Assembly (NCBI GenBank): GCA_938091905.1
Contig: CALKOM010000018.1
Location: 1-16,965 of the forward strand
Direction: 5' to 3'
DNA: 16,965 bases
From: an uncultured Verrucomicrobiales bacterium
Lineage (GTDB): Bacteria > Verrucomicrobiota > Verrucomicrobiia > Verrucomicrobiales > DEV007
The first letter of the stretch is position 1. Every line of letters begins with the position of its first letter. The notes beneath the pieces are model-generated. The model was not told where the DNA came from. It saw only the letters and a program-made list of their open reading frames with translations, and made no database searches. This document shows, piece by piece, positions 8,848 to 16,965 of the stretch. A program made the position numbers and the translations under genes.

Positions 8848-8903
8848 GATTGTCTCGCTTTCGTGCAATCTGTTTGAGATTCGTATAAGGTGTAATCTCG
8901 AAC
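8848..8903. repeat. Two adjacent intergenic inverted repeats
   Basis: GATTG(8848-8852)/CAATC(8866-8870) and GTTTGAGATT(8872-8881)/AATCTCGAAC(8894-8903; one G-U pair) with a 12-nt loop. No downstream U-tract. Confidence 0.45.
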
Positions 8904-8919
8904 TGCTGGTCTCCTTCCC

Positions 8920-11900
8920 ATGGACTTACCCCCACCCTCAGGTCCTCTTTCCATTATTCTGGGCTTCTGCTTGATCTGCGAGGCGACTGCTCAGGTCGTT
9001 ATCAATGAGATTGGCGCGGCGAGTAGTGATCACTTGCTGAGATCTCATCCGGATGGCCGCCCACGTGTCGGCTGGGGCGCGAGTTGGTGTGAGCCGACGT
9101 TTGATGATGCTGATTGGGAAGAGGGATCGACTCCGTTTGGTTTTGGTGTGGATGGCATTGCGACATCTCTTGGCGATGAAATGTTGGGTCGCACGCCATC
9201 TGTTTACCTGCGCAGAACGTTCTCGGTGTTGACCGATGAAGCGGCTCTGAATGAACCCTTTGTCCTCACCGCACAGGCGGATAGTGGGTTTGTGGCCTAC
9301 ATAAATGGTAGAGAAATCGCTCGGGCCAATCTTGGCCGAGAGAACGGCTTTGTGTATCATGGGCAGTCTGCGTTTTCTAGTGCTCAGTCTGACGAGATGC
9401 TCGAATACACTTCGGGAATGCTTGCGAGCGAGGTTCTGCAGGCAGGACAGAACGTCTTAGCCGTCCAGGTTCAGAACACAGTGCCCTCACACATTAACGA
9501 GCGTGACCAGACGATCGATGAGACATTGAAGTTTGAGGCCACTTTATCTATAGGCGCGAGCGCGGAGATTTCTCTTCGAGTTGATGGTTGGAAATACCGG
9601 GTGGGTCATGCGGAGCCCTCAGGTGGTGTCGTTGATTGGTCGCAGGTGGCTCATCCTGATGTGGAGGGCGACTACTCGGATTGGATTGAATTGCACAATA
9701 CAAGTGCAGAAGAAGTGGATCTTAGCGGATGGCATCTAACAGACGACGACGATCAACCGAAGCTCTGGACATTTCTTGACAATACGACTATTGCGGCTGG
9801 TGGCTATCTCCTCGTGCTTGCTGATGGGAACACAGAAATACCTGGTGACTACTTGCATACCAGTTTCAAGCTTTCAGCAGAAGGTGAGTTTCTTGGATTG
9901 AGTGATGCTGCTGGTGAGTTTGTAAGTCAGTTTGAAGGAGGGTTCCCGAAACAATATCCCTTTCTGTCCTATGGAGTGGGAGCGAATGGTGCCCTTACCT
10001 ACTTTGACTTGCCTACCCCTGGAGGAGCCAACAGCGGAACTGAAATCATGGATGTCGTGAAGAAGCCGAAGTTTGATCCGGCTGGTGGCGTCTACGAGAA
10101 TACTGTCTCGGTGACTATTGCTAGTAGGACGGAAGATGCGATGATCCGTTACACGATTGACGGGAGCGAACCAACGGAGGCTAATGGCACCCTTTACGAA
10201 GGTCCTATATCGATCGAGCCGATCGATGACCGCACGGGAACGCCGATTAGAGCGAGAGCGTTTAAGGAGGGGCTGAGTCCTTCTGCGGATGGCACTCAAA
10301 CGTATCTCGTAGGCATCGATGACGCCTTCAACACAATCCCAACGCTCAGCTTGGTTGCCGATAGCGGAGAGGCATTTTACAAGCCTCATGGCATCATGTC
10401 CGTGGCAGGGCTGAGCACACCTCGGATGGTCAATGAGTATTACATGCCTGCGATGCATGGCCGTTCCTACGAGCGCAAGATCTCAATGGAGGTGCTTTAC
10501 CCTGATGATGGTACCAATGTGCAGATCGATGGTGGCCTCCGTCTGTCGGCCAGCGCCTTTTCGCGGTTCAACTTCTCTCTCGGAAATACCGATGCAAGCC
10601 CGTGGCCAAGTGAGCCTCCCCAGAAGCCGTCCTTCAATCTCTTCCTTCGCAATGACTATGGAAACGACACTCTGAACTTTCCCTTTGTGGAGAACTTTCC
10701 GGTGAGGCAGTTTAGGCAGTTCCGTTTGCGTGCGGGTAAGAATGATATTGTTAGTCCATTCATCGTTGACGAGCTTGCCAGGCGTATCTTCACGGATACC
10801 GGGCAATTCGGGGCTGTCGGCGTGCAGCATGCGCTCTTTGTAAACGGCTCTTACAAAGGCTACTACAACTCGGTCGCACGTATCCGAGAACCGCTGTTTC
10901 AGGATCTCTACGGCAGTGGCGATATCCCCTGGCAAGTGAAGCACATTGATGTGTGGGCGGATGGCTCTCCTCTCGACAACAAGCTTGAAGACACCGATGA
11001 GTGGAAGAACTTGGAACGCCTGTTGAGGAAAGATCTCAAGGATCTTGAAAACTACAAAGCCGTCACGGGTGAACTGGATCCTGTCAGTTTTGCAGACTAC
11101 TTTATCGTCAATGTCTACGGCGCGACGGAAGATTGGCCGAACAATAATCTCGTCATCGCGCGTGAACTTTCTGACGTCGGACGATGGCGCGCCTATGTCT
11201 GGGACGCTGAAGTGTGTTTCGGTGTACAAAGTAGCCACTCGATCACCCATGACTCCATTGCCACCGATCTCTCACAGCTAGACCGAACTCCTAGCAATGA
11301 TCTCGCAACAGTCTGGAGTCACCTTATTCGCAGCCCAGAGTGGAGACTGCTCTTTGCGGATCGCTTGCAGATGCATTTCTTCACTCCTGGGGGGGCTCTA
11401 ACCAAAGCAAATTTGACGAGACGTACTAACGAGCTGGCTGCAGAGATCGCGCCCCTGATGGCCTTTTCGGGGCCAGTGATCGATACAAGTGAGATTGCAG
11501 AATGGGTTGAGGGGCGTGAAGATGTGCTCTTTGCTGGTGGCCTTTGGGAGAAACACAAGCTATGGGGCGACGTGCCCGTTCCTGCCTTCTCGCCAGCTGG
11601 TGGAGCGGTGGTCGCAGGTGCCGAAGTGACGATCTCGATACCGGAGACACCCCGCACCTCCATTTACTACACCACGGACGGATCGGATCCGCGACTTCTT
11701 GGAGGAGATCTTAATCCAGAGGCGATCCTCATGGATCCAGATGTGGGCTTTGTTGTGGAGAGCACATCTACGGTCCGGGCCCGTTCGCGAATGAAGACGG
11801 TATTCACGACGACTTGGGGGGCCGTCAGTGAATCGACCTACAGAGTCGGACTAGAGCCTGCTGATTCTAGCAATTTCCTTATTTCGGAACTCTTGGTGGA

Positions 11901-12675
11901 CCCGGAGAGCGCGAGTGAAGAAGAGAAGACCTTGGACTTCTCTTCTTCTAATTTCGAATACATTGAGTTCTACAATCCTAGTGACGTCGCGATCGATCTC
12001 GCGGATTTGCGATTCACGGCAGGGATCGATTATGTCTTCGGAGAGGGAGATGTTACCACAATTGGACCCAAGGCCTACGGCGTGATTGTGAATGACCGTC
12101 AAGCTTTCGTGAGGCGCTATGGTGATGGCCTTCCCATCCTGGGCGAATACAATAAGAAACTCAGTAACGGCGGCGAGCATCTGGAGATATCGAATAGCCG
12201 ATTTAAGCCTATTGTCAGTGTGACCTACAGCAACAACGCGCCATGGCCGGCTAACACGAACGACGAGGGTAATTCATTAGTCTTTTCGACCTTGGTAGCC
12301 GATACAGACCCAAATGATCCAGCGAATTGGACTGCAAGCTCACTCAAAGGGGGAACGCCGGGGCGTGAGGTTGGCCAGTGGCCGCCAGATCCTGACCTTC
12401 TTGAAGCGGTGCAATTGGCAGCCGATAGTTTCGTTATCAATACGCAGGAGGAGAGCATTCTCTTCACCCTTACCCAACGAATAGACAACGGGCTTCTCTA
12501 CACGCTGGAATTCTCAAGTGATCTTCAAGCTTGGCAGGGGACACCTGTCGCCGATCTCGTTGAGATGGACTCCAATCCTGGCGGTGAGGGATTGAGAAGG
12601 GTGACCTACCGTAAGTCATTTCCAAGTGAGGATGGGCAAACCTACGCTCGTTGGCGTGTGGAACTGGCACCATAG
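8920..12675 (+). CDS. Secreted CotH-kinase-family protein with lamin-tail domains, jelly-roll insert, two Fn3-associated (chitobiase C-terminal-like) domains and a C-terminal putative sorting domain
   Basis: 1251-aa ORF with signal peptide ending ATA-Q. LTD motifs: VVINE..DWIELHN..VDLSGWHLTDD..PTPG and ISEL..EYIEFYN..LSNGGE..GGTPG. Fn3_assoc motifs: IRYTIDGSEPT and IYYTTDGSDPR. CotH motifs: KPSFNLFLRNDYG, LRAGKND, DELARR, VNGSYKGYYN, DWPNNN (11131), WDAE (11200). Confidence 0.92.
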   Translation: MDLPPPSGPLSIILGFCLICEATAQVVINEIGAASSDHLLRSHPDGRPRVGWGASWCEPTFDDADWEEGSTPFGFGVDGIATSLGDEMLGRTPSVYLRRTFSVLTDEAALNEPFVLTAQADSGFVAYINGREIARANLGRENGFVYHGQSAFSSAQSDEMLEYTSGMLASEVLQAGQNVLAVQVQNTVPSHINERDQTIDETLKFEATLSIGASAEISLRVDGWKYRVGHAEPSGGVVDWSQVAHPDVEGDYSDWIELHNTSAEEVDLSGWHLTDDDDQPKLWTFLDNTTIAAGGYLLVLADGNTEIPGDYLHTSFKLSAEGEFLGLSDAAGEFVSQFEGGFPKQYPFLSYGVGANGALTYFDLPTPGGANSGTEIMDVVKKPKFDPAGGVYENTVSVTIASRTEDAMIRYTIDGSEPTEANGTLYEGPISIEPIDDRTGTPIRARAFKEGLSPSADGTQTYLVGIDDAFNTIPTLSLVADSGEAFYKPHGIMSVAGLSTPRMVNEYYMPAMHGRSYERKISMEVLYPDDGTNVQIDGGLRLSASAFSRFNFSLGNTDASPWPSEPPQKPSFNLFLRNDYGNDTLNFPFVENFPVRQFRQFRLRAGKNDIVSPFIVDELARRIFTDTGQFGAVGVQHALFVNGSYKGYYNSVARIREPLFQDLYGSGDIPWQVKHIDVWADGSPLDNKLEDTDEWKNLERLLRKDLKDLENYKAVTGELDPVSFADYFIVNVYGATEDWPNNNLVIARELSDVGRWRAYVWDAEVCFGVQSSHSITHDSIATDLSQLDRTPSNDLATVWSHLIRSPEWRLLFADRLQMHFFTPGGALTKANLTRRTNELAAEIAPLMAFSGPVIDTSEIAEWVEGREDVLFAGGLWEKHKLWGDVPVPAFSPAGGAVVAGAEVTISIPETPRTSIYYTTDGSDPRLLGGDLNPEAILMDPDVGFVVESTSTVRARSRMKTVFTTTWGAVSESTYRVGLEPADSSNFLISELLVDPESASEEEKTLDFSSSNFEYIEFYNPSDVAIDLADLRFTAGIDYVFGEGDVTTIGPKAYGVIVNDRQAFVRRYGDGLPILGEYNKKLSNGGEHLEISNSRFKPIVSVTYSNNAPWPANTNDEGNSLVFSTLVADTDPNDPANWTASSLKGGTPGREVGQWPPDPDLLEAVQLAADSFVINTQEESILFTLTQRIDNGLLYTLEFSSDLQAWQGTPVADLVEMDSNPGGEGLRRVTYRKSFPSEDGQTYARWRVELAP

Positions 12676-12682
12676 TAGATAC

Positions 12683-13849
12683 ATGCGAATGAAATCGTAT
12701 TTGTCATGGTTTGGTATGGTGGTTTTTGTGCTGCTTTCCAATGCGAGTGCTCAAGAGCCCTATCATGTGCGTCCTGGCGATGACATTCAGGAAGTGCTTG
12801 AATCCGCTGCCAAGGATTCCGAGCGCAAGCGAATCATCGTTCACGCAGGAACCTATCGGCCTGGCCAGCGTGGGCAGGCCATGATTTGGTTCAACGCGCG
12901 TCACGATGGAATCACGTTGGAGGCGGAGGGCGAGGTCGTTCTTACAGCTGCGAATCCGAAACTAGCAGACAAGTCGACGCCAAGTTTTCCGGCTATCGTA
13001 AATCATGTGGTCTACTTTGGCGACGGTGTCAGTCGCAAGACTATTTTACGAGGTTTTAAGATCACTGGAGCGAATGGCTTTCTGACGGATAAGGATGAGC
13101 CCTTTAACATTCAGCCGAAGATCGAGGGTGATAACTTGGAGAGAGCAAAGTTTTTCTACACCGACGGAGGAGGGATTAAGATTTTCGGAAGATCTTACCC
13201 CGCGATTGAGAATGTTGAGGTCGTGGACAACTTCACTAGCCCCTGTGGAGCCGGCGTTTCGGTGGAGCATCGAGGCCATACGGATGGTTCCAAGTTACAG
13301 TCTGTCCTCATGAAGAATTGTATCTTCAGAAACAATCGGTGCCCTATCAGTGGTGCTGCTGTGGATCTCCTTCACGGCAGTTCAGCGGAGATCACCAATT
13401 GTCTGTTCGTCGACAATCTCTCTAATGGTCCGATGGACGAAATGGCTAAGACGCCTGGAAAATGGAAGCCCAAATATGGTTCAGGGGCCCTGACATTGTT
13501 TCCAGGCTCCAAAATCTTGCTGCGAAGGTGCACGTTCACTGGTAATCGCAATGCCGTCGATGATGCGAATGATGGAAACATCTACGAGGACTCCATCTTT
13601 TGGAAAAACAACGCTCCGGGCGGCTGGCCTACAGGCTCTCGGTACGAACTGGATCTCGCCTCAGGCGTGGGCGTGGTCGGTTGCTCTATTGGTGGAGAAA
13701 TTAACGACGTGAATAGTAATGTGGATACGGATGACAACGTGATCGGATGCGCTGATCCCAAGTTTGATGACCACTACGTACCGCAAGCGGAGGCGTTCGA
13801 GGATGTGGGTTACAGACCTGTCCCACGTGTTGCGGGCAAGCGCCCGTAG
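12683..13849 (+). CDS. Exported right-handed parallel beta-helix repeat protein (pectin-lyase-like fold)
   Basis: Likely start at ATG 12683 or 12689, just after the tandem TAG TAG of the upstream gene; signal peptide ending ASA-Q. Beta-helix cap VRPGDDIQEVLE..IIVHAGTY, LRGFKITG, GGGIKI, and repeats NCIFRNN, NCLFVDN, RCTFTGN, DSIFWKN. Confidence 0.88.
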   Translation: MRMKSYLSWFGMVVFVLLSNASAQEPYHVRPGDDIQEVLESAAKDSERKRIIVHAGTYRPGQRGQAMIWFNARHDGITLEAEGEVVLTAANPKLADKSTPSFPAIVNHVVYFGDGVSRKTILRGFKITGANGFLTDKDEPFNIQPKIEGDNLERAKFFYTDGGGIKIFGRSYPAIENVEVVDNFTSPCGAGVSVEHRGHTDGSKLQSVLMKNCIFRNNRCPISGAAVDLLHGSSAEITNCLFVDNLSNGPMDEMAKTPGKWKPKYGSGALTLFPGSKILLRRCTFTGNRNAVDDANDGNIYEDSIFWKNNAPGGWPTGSRYELDLASGVGVVGCSIGGEINDVNSNVDTDDNVIGCADPKFDDHYVPQAEAFEDVGYRPVPRVAGKRP

Positions 13850-13946
13850 CTAATGCGGGGGATGTTTGAGCAAGTTGGGATGTAGAAGAACTCTTGACGA
13901 ACGGTATCCGCTACTGGAACCCTGGCACTTCTTTGAGTACTTGCTG

Positions 13947-14303
13947 GCGGTCGAGCTGGCTTTTCAAGGCAGCATCACCATCACGGGCAACAAATTTTCC
14001 AATAGCTACATGGGCGGTGGCCAGCACAAGAGAAAGATCAAACGTGACCATAAAGAACAGATCGTTGTTGGTAACGGTGTTCCGCTACAAAAAACGGACG
14101 ACATCGTCATCAACGGAAATTCCGTTGGTGGCATGGCTGGGAAGTCCGTCACCTGCGACCGCGAGTGTAGAGAAATCTTGATTATCGGGAACCTGGTGAG
14201 TGACTTTGGTCGAGGCAAGAAAGTAAATGGGGCCGTCGACAGCCCTTTGGACGAACACAGTATTGTGAAAGACAATAGCATTCGGAGAATTGAGAGGCTG
14301 TAA
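13947..14303 (+). pseudogene. C-terminal fragment of a second, unrelated right-handed beta-helix protein
   Basis: SITITGNKFSNSYMG, DIVINGNSVGGM, EILIIGNLVSD and SIVKDN have the beta-helix I-x-G-N periodicity. There is no credible start or N-terminal part; the upstream portion of ORF 13866 is not in register with this pattern. Confidence 0.65.
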
Positions 14304-14513
14304 AATCGCTTTCGGTTACGGGTTTCTAGCCATTACCAGGCAGCTGGATCTCAGATTTGTTGAGTGGTTATGCTTTCGTCCAAGGCGGCATTGTTAGCAG
14401 TTCTTTGCGTAAAAGATTGAAAGTGCCCATGTTGATGAAGCTTTTGTCGAGTGAAACCTCACTGGTGGTGATCACCGCATTCGCTGAGCCACAGTGCCTC
14501 CTTCACGTGGATA

Positions 14514-15728
14514 CTAGAGTTGGACTTTCACGCCTGGTTTGAGCGCATGCTCAGGCAATGGGTGATCTTGGTCGAAGACACGCATCTTATCGACGGCCTC
14601 GATAACGTTCTTCGTTTCGTCGAACTTCTTAGTTTTCTCGTCAATTACTCCGTTAGGATTGAGCTTGAGATGTTTGACCATAAATGGATACATGGCCTGA
14701 CGTTTTGATAAGTGATAGCCATGTTCCTCATCTACAAAGTGCACGTTCTCGACCTCATTTTCCGCGTTGTAGAGCTTGTAGATATTGCGGATGTAGGGAT
14801 ACTCAACCTCTGGATTGTTCTTTGTCCAATCGCCACCGACGGAGACGAGCAACATCGGTCGCGGTGCTGCGAGTGCCGCAATCTCGGCGTTGTTAGTTTC
14901 CAATTCGGGCGTCTTATGGATTGGCATGCCGCTCTCACAGTGACAGCCGCCGAAGAAGTGCGCCGATACCATGACTACCGGGACGGAGACGGTCACCCGG
15001 TCGTCAATCGCCGCCAGCAAGAATGTCTGCGTCCCGCCGCCCGAACATCCGGTCACGCCGATGCGCTTGGCATCAACGTCTGGCAGCGACTGGAGGAAAT
15101 CGATCGCCCGAATGCTGCTCCATGTTTGCAATGTTAGCACTTGAACGTGTTTGTGATTCCAGCCGAGATGCAACGAATCACCGAACCCAACCATATCATA
15201 GGAGAACACGACCGCCCCCATCCGTGCTAACGTTGCGCAGCGGTGTTGTTGGTCGGCACGCAGCCGTCCACCCTCTGGGCCACGCGAGTGACCGTGCGGA
15301 CAGAGTACGCCGGGATACGGCCCTTCCTTTCCTAGTGGACGGTAAAGATTACCATAGACAAAGAACCCTGGCCGTGCCTCGAAGGCTGTGGATTCAACAG
15401 AGTAGCCCAGGTGCTTGCGCTTTCTATGGAAGATAGGCTTGAGCGGCGTTTTCTCAGGCAGAGGCTCTAACTTTGCGCCTCTGAGGATCTGCTTGCGGAT
15501 CTTTGCCGCGCGCGCCTTCCACTCGTAGAGGTCCGAGTAGGTCGCGGCGAAACGCGCGAGCTGTTTCACTGCGTCAGCTTCTGATTGGTAGTTGCCGACA
15601 CACAGTGTCGGTTCCACTGGCGGTTGGTTCTCCTTCGCAAGACCGGCTTCTTCTGCATCTGCAGTCGCATAGAGGAGTAGCACGCTGAGCAATGTGATCA
15701 ATTTACTGTAGAGATATTGGGCTTTCAT
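14514..15728 (-). CDS. Exported alpha/beta hydrolase, acetylxylan esterase-like
   Basis: Probable start MKAQYLYSK (ATG 15728) followed by a signal peptide. Motifs: [63 protein letters not shown] (nucleophile elbow 15033-15050), [18 protein letters not shown] (candidate Asp), EEHGY (candidate His). Confidence 0.9.
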   Translation of the reverse strand: MKAQYLYSKLITLLSVLLLYATADAEEAGLAKENQPPVEPTLCVGNYQSEADAVKQLARFAATYSDLYEWKARAAKIRKQILRGAKLEPLPEKTPLKPIFHRKRKHLGYSVESTAFEARPGFFVYGNLYRPLGKEGPYPGVLCPHGHSRGPEGGRLRADQQHRCATLARMGAVVFSYDMVGFGDSLHLGWNHKHVQVLTLQTWSSIRAIDFLQSLPDVDAKRIGVTGCSGGGTQTFLLAAIDDRVTVSVPVVMVSAHFFGGCHCESGMPIHKTPELETNNAEIAALAAPRPMLLVSVGGDWTKNNPEVEYPYIRNIYKLYNAENEVENVHFVDEEHGYHLSKRQAMYPFMVKHLKLNPNGVIDEKTKKFDETKNVIEAVDKMRVFDQDHPLPEHALKPGVKVQL

Positions 15729-15848
15729 CGGTCGATCCTGATTGGGGAGCCCTGAGAACTCAATGGCATTCGGACTTGAGCTGGCAACGATCTGATCCTG
15801 GGCAATGCTGGTGTTGTTTGGGGAGGCACTACCGGCAATGCTTGCAGC

Positions 15849-16460
15849 ATGCAATTACTCTCGCGTTGCGCTTCTTTGGCGTGGATTCTCATCGTTTGTG
15901 GAAATGTCGCAATCGCACAACCGAACCTGATCTTCATTGTGTCAGATGATCAGGAATACAACGGGCTCGGCTTACTTAACCCTGAAATTCAAAGGCCCAA
16001 TCTCCATCGGCTCGCTGATGAAGGTGTATACTTAACGCAGTTCTACCTTACTTGCCCAGCATGCACGCCTTCGCGCGGGAGTTTGCTCACGGGTCGCTAT
16101 CCACAGCGTAACGGCATCCTTGACATGATTCTAAACGAAGTTCCGGATTACGGCTTTCGTTATTGTACAAGCGAGGAGTATGACATTACGTTTGAGTGCA
16201 TTGGTGGGATGAACACACGTAAGGTGCTTCCCCCGCAAATACTCAAACTGACGAAATACCAGGCGGGGATTTGCGGCAAATGGGATCTCGGTTCGTTGAA
16301 GCGCTTTCTTCCGCTAGCGCGCGGCCTCGATGATTTCAACGGTTTTGTCAATACTGGGATCGATTACTACACACACACACACGAACGTTACGGAGCGCAT
16401 AGCATGTATCGAAACAATGAGCGGAAGGAAGCTTCTTCATCTGCGCGATACCCCAGATAA
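15849..16460 (+). pseudogene. Truncated, degenerate Cys-type sulfatase (family S1), N-terminal part only
   Basis: Signal peptide, QPNLIFIVSDD, PNLHRLADEG, CTPSRGSLLTGRYPQRNG (CxPxR at 16062-16076), GKWDLG, GLDDFNGF. Sulfatase-like sequence stops near 16425 after about 190 aa, so the C-terminal DNG metal-binding region is missing. Confidence 0.88.
16369..16382. repeat. (AC)7 dinucleotide microsatellite inside the sulfatase remnant
   Basis: Seen directly (tactACACACACACACACgaa); it translates as YTHTHE. Confidence 0.9.
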
Positions 16461-16654
16461 TCAAGATGGCAGGGCCAGCAACGAGTGATGCCTGATGCGT
16501 TCTTGCGCGCGGCTGGGAACAGGTTAACCTCTTCGACATGAGGCTGAAAGAACCAGCCCGTTTTCGTTGAGCTTCAATAGCTTTTGGTTTTTCTGCTGGC
16601 GCTTTCGCGTTGACCCAGTCTGCGCTGTTTGGTTTGAACTCGGGAATCGCTTTT

Positions 16655-16704
16655 CTTGTAAGCGTGCTTTGCTTGAGGAAGTCTCGACGAGTGACGCTTA
16701 CAAG
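16655..16704 (-). other. Twin-arginine signal remnant (TRRDFLK) enclosed by a perfect 11-bp inverted repeat
   Basis: Minus strand 16692-16672 reads TRRDFLK. CTTGTAAGCGT (16655-16665) and ACGCTTACAAG (16694-16704) are exact reverse complements around a 28-bp spacer. No in-frame ATG and no hydrophobic h-region. Confidence 0.55.
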
Positions 16705-16965
16705 CTAACATGAAATGTGAGTAGGAAATCTTGAACGTTGGGGGAACCCTTGGGTCGTATCCAGCGCGTGTTGTGGAACAGAGCAGTGGGAGCGTTGGAG
16801 TGACCTAATCACTCATGCATCTTTGCAGGACCCGCTTGGTGCTCGACTGATGAAGTGGGCAGTGACACAATCGTGTGGGCAAGGAAAGTTGACCTCGCCG
16901 ATCCACTAGCGCTGGCCAATGCTCCAAGCTATTCATAGCTAGTTTCCGGGTAATTACTTCGCGTT

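Noticed and set aside
10483..11250. Long antisense ORFs (255 aa here; also 904-1455, 2125-2640, 7428-7889, 9874-10458, 14712-15137)
   Set aside because: They are shadows of well-supported genes and carry no recognisable motifs.
6057..13849. A true nos cluster or an enediyne (unbV) biosynthetic cluster
   Set aside because: The propeller is FG-GAP type without NosZ motifs or a fused CuA domain, and there are no nosFYL or PKS genes in the window. The Nos resemblance is architectural only.
14304..14513. Possible small gene or terminator between the beta-helix fragment and the esterase
   Set aside because: Only short frames without recognisable motifs, and no convincing hairpin plus U-tract.
15729..15854. 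Longest-ORF starts for the esterase (15854), CRTAC1 (6485), beta-helix (12626) and first ORF (221)
   Set aside because: Downstream ATGs place signal peptides at the N-terminus and, for the first three, remove overlaps with neighbouring genes.
16369..16382. (AC)7 as a phase-variation switch
   Set aside because: The tract is short and in-frame, and the gene is truncated regardless of repeat length.
1..16965. CRISPR array, IS/transposase, integrase, tRNA or rRNA
   Set aside because: No regularly spaced repeats, transposase or recombinase motifs, or structural RNA signatures were seen by eye.

Overview
A moderately GC-rich bacterial accessory region whose gene families (DUF1549/DUF1553, CotH/lamin-tail protein with a Verrucomicrobia-style C-terminal domain, FGE-sulfatase domain, sulfatase) point to the PVC superphylum, most likely Verrucomicrobiota (inference). 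The core is an intact, co-directional cluster of four exported-protein genes (6057-13849): a membrane-anchored COX2-like cupredoxin lacking most CuA ligands, translationally coupled to a 7-bladed FG-GAP/ASPIC-UnbV (CRTAC1-family) lipoprotein with His/Met concentrated on one predicted propeller face, then a large LTD-CotH kinase and a right-handed beta-helix protein. This resembles a split NosZ/NosD architecture built from other families and is the best candidate for an undescribed cell-surface metalloprotein system. Two other genes are intact: a DUF1549/DUF1553 protein with a discoidin-like insert and an acetylxylan-esterase-like hydrolase. The flanks hold decayed genes whose lesions can be read directly: an FGE-domain gene, a GH26 mannanase, a YbjN/chaperone-like gene, a beta-helix fragment, a truncated sulfatase and a Tat-signal remnant. 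I saw no RNA genes, CRISPR arrays or mobile elements. All family calls come from motif recognition, not database searches.
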